DNA of 63,584 nt, counting the filler, from Perkinsus olseni (Eukaryota): assembly GCA_013115125.1 (NCBI GenBank). It is 6 parts of 6 records of this genome, joined end to end, with 100 filler letters (N's around TTAATTAATTAA, not from the genome) between each part and the next. Parts side by side here need not be neighbours in the genome. Positions count along the whole stretch, not along the records: positions 23,669 to 35,398 come from JABANN010000819.1; positions 35,499 to 47,227 come from JABANN010000820.1; 4 more parts are not named here. The stretch is one strand, 5' to 3'. Below, piece by piece: positions 24,723-37,302 of this stretch (within the stretch, counting starts at the first letter, position 1; each line of letters begins with the position of its first letter). The notes under the pieces were generated by a model that saw only the letters and a list, made by a program, of their open reading frames with translations, did not search any database and was not told where the DNA came from. The position numbers were made by a program, and so were the translations under genes.

Positions 24723-25404
24723 ATGACCGTCTTTCTCCTCTATGCCTTGTCCTTGGTGTCGACTCTAAGCAGCTCGGGGGTGATGGCTCTGAAGGCAACC
24801 TCACTGGTACGGGAACAAGGAGGACGGACATGCATAGTTGCATTTGGCCATTAATCTTAGGTCGCCCCTAGGAAGGTTCCGACCCGCAAGACAGCTCTGG
24901 GTACCTCGGAGGAGAATGAAACGATCTGCACGATCAGGTATGTGGGTGTGAGCGAGAAGCCCTACACCCTTCACATCATGCATCTTCCCTCTTCGGAAGA
25001 GTACAACGAAGAAGAGCTCTTCGGGATCAGAGCCACTTTCACCGCCAATAACGGCCGCAAGGCGATGCTTTCCTACGCGTGAGAGCCATCTGCTCGTTTG
25101 AAGATTTTGTTGAAGTAATTTTGGTATCAGATCTAGCGGCAGTGAATATCAGATGGTGATGTCCTCTGGGAAGAAGGGAAGGGTCGTTGGGGAGACTGGC
25201 GAGAAAGAGAAAGTTCACTCGAAAGTGGGAGACGTGAATCCTTTCTACCACCTCCTGGGTGCCTTACGCGACGACTTCGAATCGACCCAGTGCGAAGGCA
25301 TGGCTGACTACATCGAGGAGCACCCAGCGGATGATTATGAGTCAGGGATGGCGTGGGTCGTTGAGTATTTAAAGAAAATATCCTGGCCTGCTTTCTTCAT
25401 GTAG
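24723..25404 (+). CDS. small secreted protein, paralog A (spliced)
   Basis: Signal-like MTVFLLYALSLVSTLSSSGVMALKAT; last exon GDVNPFYHLLG...CEGMADYIE...YESG. Confidence 0.65.
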
Positions 25405-25792
25405 AGCCTTTCATACTCATGAAAGTATATCGCTCGAAGAGGAAACTACTTTATCCATGTTGATGGTGTTGTTTGTCAAGCTTAACGACAGCTTCTCGTT
25501 GAGTACCCCAAAACATTCTGGCAAGATTCTACATGCTCATTAATGGTGATGATCTTGTCATTGCTCATGGATCCTCCGTCACTCTTCCCAAAGGTAAGCG
25601 AGCTGGCGTCTCGGTTGGAAGCGGCTTGTCCAGCGGACCCGACTCACGCCGCGTCGTGGCTAGTTGTGGCTCGGGAGGGGGATCGTCCGAGTGGCAGTGA
25701 GCTGATGGAGGGGATTATGAGCGAAATAGAACGACTGTGAATAATTCGCGCACGATTATGGTGAGCTCGAACGAATGTATTGATTAAAATCT

Positions 25793-25880
25793 TTTTCCTA
25801 AGGAGAAAGTATATTTTCTAAGGAAGAAATCTCGCTCGCCCTCGACATTTTTCTAAGGAGCCTTTGCACTTTTCTAAGGA
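25793..25880 (+). promoter_or_regulatory. four copies of TTTT(C)CTAAGGA upstream of paralog B
   Basis: Repeats are seen directly; a regulatory role is inferred from position only. Confidence 0.4.
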
Positions 25881-26144
25881 CGCTTCCCGGGCGTAACTCC
25901 CACCTCTTACACACCGCAGCCTTCGGGTTTTTGGTGAAGGTCGGCCGAAGGGCGACCTGAGTCGGGTTTCGGGTTCACGGGGGTTACGGTCGGTACTCCA
26001 CTAGGTCTTGGTTTTTTTTTCAACGCCTACTAGCCGAAGTAACCACTGTCCCTTTCGGGGTCCACTAGTTAGCAGTTTCATCCCTCTTCCCTCTACCAGC
26101 CCATCCTCTTACACTCTACGACCTTCCCACAGTCTTATTTCGTA

Positions 26145-26971
26145 ATGATGATGAACTCCTTCTTGCCGCTGGTCTTGGTTTTGAACTCGAGCGTGATGGC
26201 GTTGAAGACCACCCTCTCGAGAGTAGGGCCCATGACGTGACATCGTGTGGCTGCTGATCCCCCCTCAGGCCTCGGCTGCCACCGCCCAGCGCAGGATTGA
26301 CGCTTTCGAGCCTGATCCGTGGTCGCACCTATGCACTACCAACTACTTCACCGCTGGCAAGCCTTACGAGGTCTCGATCGGCAGCTCGACAGACCCTCGC
26401 TACGGAGGGAAGGATAACTTCTTTTACATCGCGACAGAGGTTCCGAATAAGGACGGAAATATCAGCCTTTCTTACAGGTAGCATCATCATGTGTAGGTGG
26501 AAAAATTAATCCACATCTCGGTCGACGTTCGTCGTGAAAGCCGCTAGCTTTGCGATTGGAGAGCAGCTAATCGTCTTGTGAGATGAACACTTATGATCGT
26601 TTACCATCAGGGATGATTCGAGGATCTCTACGCCCTTTTTTATGCTGAGTGACTTGTCTTTGAGTTTTTTCAGCTGTTTCGGCGATGGTACGTGTAACCT
26701 TCGAATCGGGCCGGGAGGAGTGAAAGATGATGGCCTCGATGAGACAGCTGGCAAGGAGGAGCTACACGCCTTGCTTGGCGACATCAACCCTTTCGACCAC
26801 CTCTTGGGGGACATGAAGGTCAAGTTCAACGCCACTGATTGCGAAGGCATGGCTGATTATATCGAAAACACCCCTGCTGAGGGTTACGAATCCGGCAAGG
26901 AGTGGTTGCCCAAATTTGTTCTAGAGCGGTCGAGCAAATGGCGAACTGCCATGCTAGTAGAGCAGAAGTAG
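26145..26971 (+). CDS. small secreted protein, paralog B (spliced)
   Basis: MMMNSFLPLVLVLNSSVMALKTT; last exon GDINPFDHLLG...CEGMADYIE...YESG, homologous to paralog A. Confidence 0.65.
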
Positions 26972-28854
26972 AGGCTGTGCTGGTGTGCTCATGATGATGT
27001 TGTGGATGTGTTCATTACGACTTGTTGTTAAGTGAGGGCATGGACGGTTGGCACACGAGTTGTGGAAAAGTTGGTATGGTGGCTGGGGAGATTGTTGATG
27101 CGGCCCACTGGAGAGGTCGATTAAAATCAATTTCCGAAGGAGGAGGTACCTCTCTTGAGGGCAGTCGTCGTTGGCGTGTGTGGAAGGGCAAGAGAGCCTT
27201 GGCACCTAGTTATGGCGCCTCGTCATTACACCCTCCAAGTTGCTGGTAGCTCGACAGCTTACGGCCTCATCTCGGGAGTCTCTGGTTGTTGATAAGCGGG
27301 AGAGATCCCTCCCTCAGGAGAGATACTCTTCCCTCAGGCTCTCACAGTTGGGCGAAGACATCCGTACAATTGATGCTGGGTAGTGAAATATTCATCAAGC
27401 CAGTCCACCTCCTCAGACCGCAGTAATCATCTTTAGCATTGTAAGGCGAGCGGCACGGCGGCTTCTGAGGGGAGGAGTCACCGCTCGAGAGGCTCATCGC
27501 TGGGTGTCATCTATTGGGACCGCAAGAGGTGTATGCATAGTTGGTTGGTTACGGATGGTGTGGTATCGAACTTCCTGCGTGAATCTCAGTTTACCGGGAC
27601 TTGAGGAAAGCGAAAAGCATTTTTCGTCTCATATTTCTCCTCATTTTTGGCGAAGGATTCTTCTGCTCTTCCAGGTGGATTTCTCGATGATTCGTTTGGA
27701 CGTGGGAGATGGAACGATTTTAGAGAGGTGAAGGGCCGGTATTTCCGTCAGCGAGAGCGAAGCTTCTCCTTCGTACGGGCCCGAGAAGCGCCTCTGGGTG
27801 TCCATCCGGGAATCCGTCGTGCAGAAACGAAGGGTCGTTAAGAGGGACGTGCAAAGAGTATTACAGAATTGGTGAGGACGTCCCGAAGGCTGCTCATGAG
27901 AGAAAATGGTTTAATATCAATAATAGCGATACTCGCGTAGTAATCGCCCCGTGAAAGATTTACAAGGTGGAATCGGGTAGATGCAATTATCCTTATCACA
28001 CAGGCCTGAGTCAGTCTTGTAAATACGCCGTTCTGTGCAATCTCATTGGTAGAGGGGCGCCTAATGATCATCTTGTGATGATGCATTATGTTGTTGATGG
28101 TGATCACTTGTTCTTGGGCCTTTGACTGAAGGGCATACCACGGCTATCAACCATTAAGAGACTCCATGGCTGTGCTCTCCTCCTTCAACCATCCCCTCCA
28201 ATCGTTCTTCCATGATATCTTCTGCTGAGCACGGAGACAGGGGTGGTCGATACTGGACTTGTAGCCTCTCGGACGCAGCAGCATCAGCAGCAGCAGCAGG
28301 TTGAGCAGCGAAAGTTCTTGCGCTTCCGATAGAGTAGAATGAACTTCATCGAATGTAAGTAAAACACCGCTGTTCAAGGCTGGGAGAGCACCGTTATACA
28401 AGCTGCGGTGAGGCGGTCGATCGAGGGACTCCCTCGGAGGGAGGTGCTCTTCGTTCTCTGGTGGCGATGACGTCGGCTGCCCGGGTCAGTGTTGTTAGTG
28501 CAGTAATTGGGACATGGGTCTCTCGAGCAAACAGCAACTCAGCGGTGACCAGGTAGGAAGACAGCGGGTGTGAAGGGCGGATCCTGTCGGCGGATGGTCA
28601 CTTCTCGAGCAAACGAGGCAACCCTCGGGCTAGCTGAATCATGTAACATAGAGCTCATCCTTGGTATCACATCGGCTTTAGTCTGAGCCATCGAGGACGT
28701 TGGACTTGCGTCTCGTTCTTACAACGAGGGAGGGAACAGAGAGATGCCGCACGGTCGCTCTGCAGGGGGGCAGACCGTTCGCTCTCGGCGACTGATACCG
28801 AAAGCCAGCCCCGTGATTTGGTGGAGTTTTGGTAGTTGTCGTTCACTTTTCGAT

Positions 28855-30130
28855 ATGTTCACTCGGTCGACAGTCGCCTTCAATTGGCACTATAAGTATT
28901 GGCAAAGGCAAACTGCGGGGTACCTGCGGACATGTAGTCAAGGGGAGGGTCTCTTATTCCCTTATTGAAATTAATCATCGCCGGAAAGATTATGATCGTG
29001 GATTGCTGTCACGGAGGGGAGAGTAAACTAGTCGAGGGCGGCGCTGTTGGTGATACAACATTTTTTTCCGGAAAATTCGAGAGCGAAGGTGATTTCTGGT
29101 AGATCCGGTCGTGAATTTTCCGCCGTTTAGTTTACTGAACCTTGCTGTCTTGCCCCGGGAAGTGCGGTGCCTCGTTCGTGTTGAGTAGCCGAAGGACTGC
29201 CACTCCCAAGTGTGTCACCACTGGCTCGTCACGGAAGGACGTGCCGAATTTTCTGAGTTCACTGGCCTCCGTGAAAAGTGAAAAGTGTTCCTCATTTGCT
29301 TCGTTGTTGCTGAGGTAGTAACTTGCTGTGGCTTCATAGCTGCAACTCAGAGTTGGTGAATCGTGAGGGAGTTGGCGAATCTTAGGTTGATGCTTGTCAG
29401 ATATGAAAAATAAGATGCCTGGTAATGAGATGATTGGCTTTGTTGTGAACGACAAGCATCCCAAAAGTGTTCGAGTATTCTGCGATCGATTCATGCACGT
29501 CATGCGCTACAAGAAAACTTTCCGCTATACAAAGAAGGTAGTGAAGAGAGGTATCTTAGGTTGATCCTAGCTTAAAGCAGAGACCGAAGATACGCTTGTC
29601 TAGGTGTGGGCGCATGACGAGAACTCAGAGTGTCGGCTTGGTGACATCGTGCAGGTCCAGCCGTTGGGGTACAGAATGGGGCCAATGAAAACGTAAGTGG
29701 TCGAGTTGTTACTTTCGCTTGTGGGTGTATTTCCGCGTTCAGTGTTAACAGGCGATAGTCGGCTGTTTTCGGAGGGCACCCGTTACAGCTCTCGCGAGCC
29801 GGGAGGTCCAAACTTAGTGTCACTATTGCTGCCAACCGTTGAGAAATAGCAAGATAGCAAGAAGCACACAGATCTGACTCAACGACGATGAGTTTCTCTA
29901 ATAATACTGGGACGATATTCTGTCTCACTTTCTTTGCCGTGCGTAATGGCAGCCAAGAAGTATCTTGGGGAATCTTTGCTGAATTGAAGTGGCGTGCTGC
30001 TGTTCTCTTCAGGTACGTAGTGAGAACCATACTGCATCAGGAGCCTCGTGATGCTGCTGATAAGTCGTGTCTTCGAGGGAGCGACGCCAGGAATCTTGTG
30101 GTCGCTCATGGTGAGGATGAACAGCAAAAG
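28855..30130 (+). CDS. MRPS17: mitochondrial (bacterial-type) ribosomal protein uS17, multi-exon; missed by the ORF track
   Basis: Exons give [57 protein letters not shown] and YVVRTIL; first exon MFTRSTVAF (presequence-like) is inferred. Confidence 0.85.
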
Positions 30131-31124
30131 TAAGTCCCTGTGTAAAGCTTTTTCTGCTGTCTTTGCCCTGCTCAGTTTCGATAATGTTGATCCAGCGGAG
30201 AGCAAGGAACCGAAGCAGGCATGAGAGAGTTTCTGTTGATTCATGTGGCGTTGCGCGGCAGCCCAACCCTTGGCGGGAATCTTCTACATCTTCTGTGTTT
30301 GACTAGGGTCAACCTAAGATGCTCGCGGCTTCTTGGACGGTTTGCTGGCGATGATGATAGACAACTGGGCATAACCATAACCAGTCCATTCTTGGAGGTC
30401 ATGGTACCATATTAAGGTTTTCCCAATAGTTTCCAAAAAATTTGGTATGATTTTATGATAGTTTTCGTAAGATGAATATTCATTTTCGCCCCTATCTACT
30501 TGAGACTATCAGCTCGTTGAATTGCAGGAAATTAATCCCGTCCAACTTGGTCGTTTTTCTCATGAGTAATGCCCCCTCCCAGTCCCCTTCCAATCCGACG
30601 ATAAAGGTTCGTATAAGCGACGTCACTGCAGCGGGCGAGGGCCTGGCACAAGTTGTCATCTATCATGTAGGGAAGAATTCATGTTAGATCGCAGCACTCG
30701 ATGCGTGAGGGTTAATAGTAAACCCCGGCAGCCTGGCTAGTTAGACTGTCGCCACTCATCTGCTTAGTTCTCGTGGCACGGGTCTGGGCCTTGCCATCTG
30801 AAATCCAGTCTCGGAATCATTATCGTCCACTCGGTTGAACCCCAGGGGTACTGAGCGAGACAAAAAAGCTTCTTTCGGTAAATTCGAAAAAAGATTTTTC
30901 TGGTCAGGTAGATTCAACCGTCCTCAGAGATGGCGAGGTGCAGGATTTCCACCTAATGCGGAAATTCCCCGATTTCTTGTGGCTTCGAGAGACCCTTGTC
31001 AGAGGCTTCGCGGATCGGATAGTCCCGCCACTGCCCGGGCGGAGGGTATCCGTATCGGGTTGGCTTCCTGCTTGATAGTCGACTGCAGGTGGTGTCTTCA
31101 TTCGCGGCGTCCGAGGTCGAGGGC

Positions 31125-32337
31125 ATGAGGCTGCTGCTCGAAATCTTCCTTCTCCGATTGGCCGCCGATGAGGGCTTCTCGGCTTATCTGCCGTTTTCGA
31201 TATTTTTGACTTACTCTTGGGAGAACCTGTGTGAGTAGGTAGGGATGATGGGGCGGGGCGGGGAAGAGGTTTCTGTCAGGTTTAAAGCGGCGTATGGGAG
31301 TACCACACCAATCACAACGTATGCTGAGGACGCTGATACCCCCCTTCGCGGTCTGCTCGAATCAGTTGTTGGGAGCTTCAGGAGAGGGGCGAACAGAGCC
31401 TGGCTCAGTCTTGGGTAAGGGTTTGGCGTTGACGCTATGAGAGAGGCACTACCAGGTTGCGAGCGGCGGACGAGGATGGTACGGGGGAGGAGGGAACCTC
31501 CTTCGCAGAGGTTGATCTGGCGGGGGAAGTGACCGATCTGGAAGGAAGGGTACGCTCTGCTCCGCGAGAAGGACGACTCTTGTTGTTGCTGCAGGTAGCT
31601 GGCTTGGCGTCATCGTGGAGGAGCATCCGAGCGTGTCTTCGGCGGTACGGCGATGCTCTGGACGAGCTAGGGCGTGAGGGTCGAGGTGGTGTCCTCGAGG
31701 GACTGCTGGTGTGGTCAGGGCAGTCGGAGGTCCACTCTGAGGGGTTGAAGGCTGCGTCTAGGAGGATACGGATGGCGGATGCTGCGGATGCTAACCTGTT
31801 AGAGTATCGTGTTAATGATCTCAGAATGTGAGGAGGGGTCTGGTGATTTTTGCTTCGCTCCGCTTGCGAGAGTTGCGGAAGGCAGCAGTAGTGTCACGGA
31901 GACAATCCCTTCAGATGGAGTTCGGACTGGATTGTATCGACGCTTCGAAACGTCGCGGATGCATTCTGAAGTAGCGATGGTGACTCGTCAGGTACTTGCA
32001 GGTTTGCCTGGCTACCCTGTCCCGGCAGGCCTGTATGGCATCGGATCTTCGCCTGGCGGAGGCAGCATCGAGGGAGCAGACGAGGGAGTTGACACGCATG
32101 GTGGATCGCTTAAACGAGGTCAGTGGCGGGCCACCCTGCGAGGTCAGCAGGGGTAACCTTTCGACGGTTGTAGAAGACTGCTGGCAGGCTGAAGATGAGG
32201 GGGAAGTATCGGAGTTGATCGAGGGTATCAGGAAGGTGGATCGGTCTCTGAGAGATGCCCAATCGCGGATACAGGACAAGAGGGAGGCGATGGAACGAGC
32301 TACTCAGTCACTGAGGTGGGAGGGCTGTCGGGGCTAG
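31125..32337 (+). CDS. hypothetical coiled-coil protein, spliced
   Basis: Consecutive + strand exons with GT-AG borders; ELIEGIRKVDRSLRDAQSRIQ heptads. Confidence 0.45.
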
Positions 32338-35300
32338 TGGGAAGTCGAACCCTTTCTTCGATCGGCATTGTGTACTCGTCCGATGGTTTTATGCTACATC
32401 CCCGTTGTCAATGATTTTTATCTCGTAATAGGCCTGTCGCTCCGTTTTCTCGACCTTGCTGATGGCATAGTACTGTAGCCTCTGTAGCGGTAGTCTCCCA
32501 GAGTGGAACACCGTCTGGGCCTCCAAGGGCTTCGACTCTTCATTCGTAAATCGTAGAATGGGAGATCACGCCAGGGGGGTTCACCTGTACCGGTGCGCTC
32601 GGCTCCAGGGGTGGGAGGAGGAGGAGTCACTGATCGAGTCTTCGCGCATTTATTGATCATTGCAAAGGAGCCCTCTCAATGACGAGACCGTACCGCGGTG
32701 TGTTGGCTCTGGTAGGGACGAACTCCCGGGCTTCCTTCAAGAGCGACTTGACGAGTGTCGAAGATTTGAGGAAGAGATGGTACGTGCAAGGCCCTATTTA
32801 AGCGGGTACCCGTTGTCTTCAGGTAGACATTCAGCGGAGGGTCGGGGGTTTCCTCGCCTTCCCGTCCGAGGGCTGCCCTGACGAAGCAACATGAGTTTCT
32901 GTCTCGCATCTGCTTGCGTTGGGGGGGGGGGGGCGAATGGCACGACATTAGCACCCGTGGATGTTTTTCGATGCCGCCGCCGCCGCCGCCGTCGCCCTCG
33001 TCCTCGGAGCCGCGTGAAGATGATGCTGAGCGGAATACAGAATCAAGGTAGGCAGGGGCACATGCCTTGAGGGCTTATCATTCCCTCAGGCGTTCACCCT
33101 TCCCCTCCAACTTGGGGAAGGGCCTCGGCCCCAAAACGATACTGCGACGTAACCGCCCAGAGGAGCCTGCCGCGGGCCCGTCGTCGCAGATCACCAGAAT
33201 CAAACACCGATCGCAGCGGGAGGCTGCCAGTACGACCGCAGTGCTATCGCGAAGAGTATCTTTCTGCTCAGGCGAGGTGTCGGAGGAGCGGTCCATACCC
33301 AGCCAGAGTGCCTCGATAGTAGAAGGGGACGAGTCATCGTCCGCAGCAGCAGCGGCCATCCCCCCAAGGTGACGGAGGTGTTGATGGAGTTGCGTCGACT
33401 GTTGGCTTAGTGCCCCACCGCCTTCTATGGAGACACCCTCGCAGCAGCAGCAGCCTCCGACTCTGCATCAGGCGGCTAGGGCGAGCGATGTCTTTCATAT
33501 TGCCGAAGTTACTTACCCCGGGGGGCCGGCGAGACATGGCAAAGGATCTGGGTCGATCAACAGGCGAGGGGACTCCCCTAGTGTAAGGCTCGCGGCGATT
33601 TGGGCAAAGTTTGGTATGCTCCTATGGCAGGTTGAATTCAAGTTCACGTCTCCGATCGACAAAGTGTTGACGAAGAATCGGAACTATCTAGTTGTCACCG
33701 CGCTGAGTCTTCACTCGGGGGCCGGCAAAAGTGGGTGACATCGCCGGGAGTGGGTCATGGACAGCACTAGTAGGTACGGTACTGAACCATCTTAGTGGTC
33801 CGACCAATACTCGAATGCCGACTTACGAGTACCCCCATGGTAGACCACGCTCGGCTACGGGGAAGAGGACTGGGAGAGGAGTAGATGCATGGCTCACGCT
33901 GGATCGGATCATTGTACGGATGAGGGTGTTTTTGTCGGGAAAGTTCACTTTGTGGTGCCGAAGTGCGAAGACTCACGCGAGGGGATCATCGTCGATCTAT
34001 CGTTCTCATGACTCTTCGCCTCCTGCATCGACCACGCCGGGTGGAGCGTGACCAAGACGGGAGGGGCTCACAGGCACAGAGGTCTGGCCTCAGGTTCTGG
34101 ATCCTGTCGGTATCAGCTTGCTCTCCTCACAAAGAGATACTGCGGCCAGTAATGGGACTGGTAGAGAGCGTCGAGGAGGCCATCACTCTGACCATGATAC
34201 CGCCCAGAATGCGATAGTCCGATGGCTGCTCAGCGTCGTCGATGTGGTCATCGCTGTTGTGTGCTCGTCGAAGGAGGTACCGATCTGTCTCAACCATGCG
34301 ACTGGATCAACCATGCTCGTCTCAGCTCGCGAAGTTGGAAGAAATAATCTCCGCCAATTCGCCGTGTGAGGACGGCGGCCGTGCGCCTCAAATTTTGCCG
34401 GTGTAAGGCTTCGACCTCGGATACTCCTCCTGACGGTATTCGACGGGTGATGGCACTCCATCAGGCTCAACTTTGCCATCCCTCAAACGCACGATTCAGC
34501 GTCCTTCGACGGCCCCTGCGTACCCTTCATCATCACGCCCGAAGATGAGAAATCGGAGGCTGCGTATGACAATGGCAGGCGACTTATAGTGAGCACAGGC
34601 TCCACCACGGAGATGTTCTCTAGCGTCATGGCCTCAGTCTTACCCGGGGCTGAATGACGTCCTCCACACAACACCGCTGTCCCTTGACGTGTCCTTCATG
34701 CTGAGAGATGCTGTTCGAGCGAAGGCCATCAGCGGAGCGACGCGCCACAGCACCGAGATTGAATGGTGGACGACATCTTCGGTGAAGTAACGATGATGAT
34801 GTTTTCTTCTTTACGGAAGGTTGTTACTCCGTCAGGTGGAGAGAGTCCCTGGCGGCTCGGCAGAGTACTGAAGTAGAGGATGTTAGAAGCACAACTATTA
34901 AACGGGATGATGACGCTAATCTCGCGAAGGCTTGATCAGCGCGTTACGGAGTTTCTTACAAAATCGTTAGGGCTTGGGTTGTCAATAATTGGGGGACAGA
35001 AGGGTTGTGTTCCGTTCATCCGGCACTGGCACTTGAGCCTGAACAGGTTGTTCCAAGATTTTCCTTTGATTCGTCTCTTGAATAGATTGGCGGTTATTTC
35101 TGAACGTGTTCTCGAAGGCATCGCCAGACCAGGTGTACAGTTGATGGGGTATTATTGTCATCAAGTTTACAGCGCGCCACTTGAACCTGGGGAGTATCTT
35201 GCTTGATCACGTTTCGAAACGAAAGGGGAAGATACATCTCTAGCGCAGCAGACTAATTCTCAAGAATTTGACCAAGTGTTGCAAAAGCTGTGTTGGTGGT

Positions 35301-35498
35301 TCAAGTGACGGGACATGCCGCACTACATAAAACGCGCGGACCTTCGCCCGCCTCGATCGGCAAAACCGTGGGAGAGTGATCGGAGGTCGGAGCGATACNN
35401 NNNNNNNNNNNNNNNNNNNNNNNNNNNNNNNNNNNNNNNNNNTTAATTAATTAANNNNNNNNNNNNNNNNNNNNNNNNNNNNNNNNNNNNNNNNNNNN

Positions 35499-35720
35499 TG
35501 CTAGGAGTAGTAGACGTGGTCGTCGTCGTTGTCGTGCTCGTAGTGGTGCTAGGAGTAGTAGACGTGGTCGTCGTCGTTGTCGTGCTCGTAGTGGTGCTAG
35601 GAGTAGTAGACGTGGTCGTGGTCGTTGTCGTGCTCGTAGTGGTGCTAGGAGAAGTAGACGTGGTCGTGGTCGTTGTCGTGCTCATAGTGGTGCTAGGAGT
35701 AGTAGACGTTGTCGTGGTCG
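35499..35720. repeat. 48-bp coding minisatellite
   Basis: More than four tandem copies of TGCTAGGAGTAGTAGACGTGGTCGTCGTCGTTGTCGTGCTCGTAGTGG. Confidence 0.92.
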
Positions 35721-36678
35721 CGTGAGAGCACCAACTATCATCCCACTCCACGAATCTATTAGCACCCCTACTGTAATCCCATACGATAAGATCGCAGGAG
35801 AATCCTCTCAGGGCACCAGTACCACCATTGGTAATTTGATTCATACGGGAACCAGCACCGCAGCCACCAACAACAAGCTCGGACTTACCGTACGGTGAAT
35901 CCAACTTCCTCCTATAAACAGAGTCACTATGGTCTCTATAGAAGATATACTCGTCCAGGACCTCGATACCGAATTCACCAGTGGGACCAAAGTTATATTC
36001 GAAGTTTCGGTGACTCGACCCGATGTCCCAACTGATCACACTGTTGTACTTGCCACCTGTCTGAACAATATACAAAGTCTTGCCAAGCTTTCTGATAGCA
36101 GCAGGCTCATCAAGCTCCTTCGACCCGTGGCCTTGACCATAGATAACGACATCACTTTTCCAGCCCCAGCCGCCCTTCACGAAAGAATAGATCTTATCAT
36201 TCGCAGAGTCACTGGCATACAAGACCTTTTCCGAATCGTCGTAATACAAACCAGCCCATCTTTGACGATGAGAGCTACTTTGCACCACTTCAATGATACC
36301 ACGACCACTTGTACTGTAGAGGCCAATCTTGTCATCAACGATAGCGAATATACCGGACCCATCGGCCTTAACAGCTATTGAGTCAGCCTTGTCGCGAAGT
36401 AGATCAGTGCGATCCGAACCATCAGCAGTAACCTTCCACAGCTCATACCTCCTAGAGCTCCAGTCCTTGCCGGATATATACCAGTTCCGGGCGCCATCGA
36501 AGTCATAGTCGATCATATCAACACCGTCTCTAGGAAGGAACTCAGGCCCCATCGTAGCACGATTGTAGACTTTCTCAGCCTCGTTGTCCTTACACCACTG
36601 GGAAGGCGGATGAGCAACTACACCACTCATCAACCCGCTAATAAATATGGAGAAGATAACGGAGTTCGACGCGACCAT
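35499..36678 (-). CDS. secreted beta-propeller (NHL/SMP-30-like) protein with Thr/Ser/Pro mucin tail; truncated by the gap
   Basis: Intronless ORF with signal peptide, propeller-like GLYYDDSEKVLYASDSANDKIY, then (TTTTTTTSTTPSTTTS)n. Confidence 0.75.
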
Positions 36679-37302
36679 AGCTTCTGAGTGAATGAAAGGC
36701 TGAAAAACAGAACTCAGCAGTAAAACCGACGCCGTCGGAGTCGATTGAACAGAAGTCTCGATAACTTCATCACGTTTGACTCTAGTTTGACCGATGGTTG
36801 CATAATGAACTAGCGCTACTGAAAATGAACTAGCGCTAGTGTCTTCCTAGAGACAATGCCTGTTGTGTAGATGATGGTCGGAGATAGCAAACAGAGTGCC
36901 ACTTAGTGATGGCTTTACAATACGAGTAGTCCTTCGCGTATGGGGTGAGTTGATTATGTTCGACTTGACCATAAGCGACCCTGCTTCCAAAGAGTTGCTC
37001 GATAGACAATCTCTTCGCCAATCAGATTGCTATGATTCGGTAGTCGGTTATCACCATCAAAGTAACTATGCTGTGCAGAGTGGCAGTAGTCCGACCAGCC
37101 TGCCCCTTTGGTTCGCTTTCGTTCGTGTCGCAGGCATTCGTCATCTACTCGCGGTGGTACGCGGCCGGGACTCATCCAAACTCAAGACGTTCCGTATATG
37201 ATTCGTAGAGACACTCGGGAACGAAGCTATCGGGACCAAGGAACCAGTAGGAAAGGGTAGAAGTCGGATCGAAAAAGGAAGAACAGATCTAAAGGTAGTC
37301 GA

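Noticed and set aside
26168-26190. Extra copy of the CTTGGTTTT loop motif
   Set aside because: It lies in the signal-peptide codons of paralog B and has no flanking stems.
32400-35398. Many short overlapping ORFs
   Set aside because: No recognisable domain or consistent exon chain, so left uncalled.
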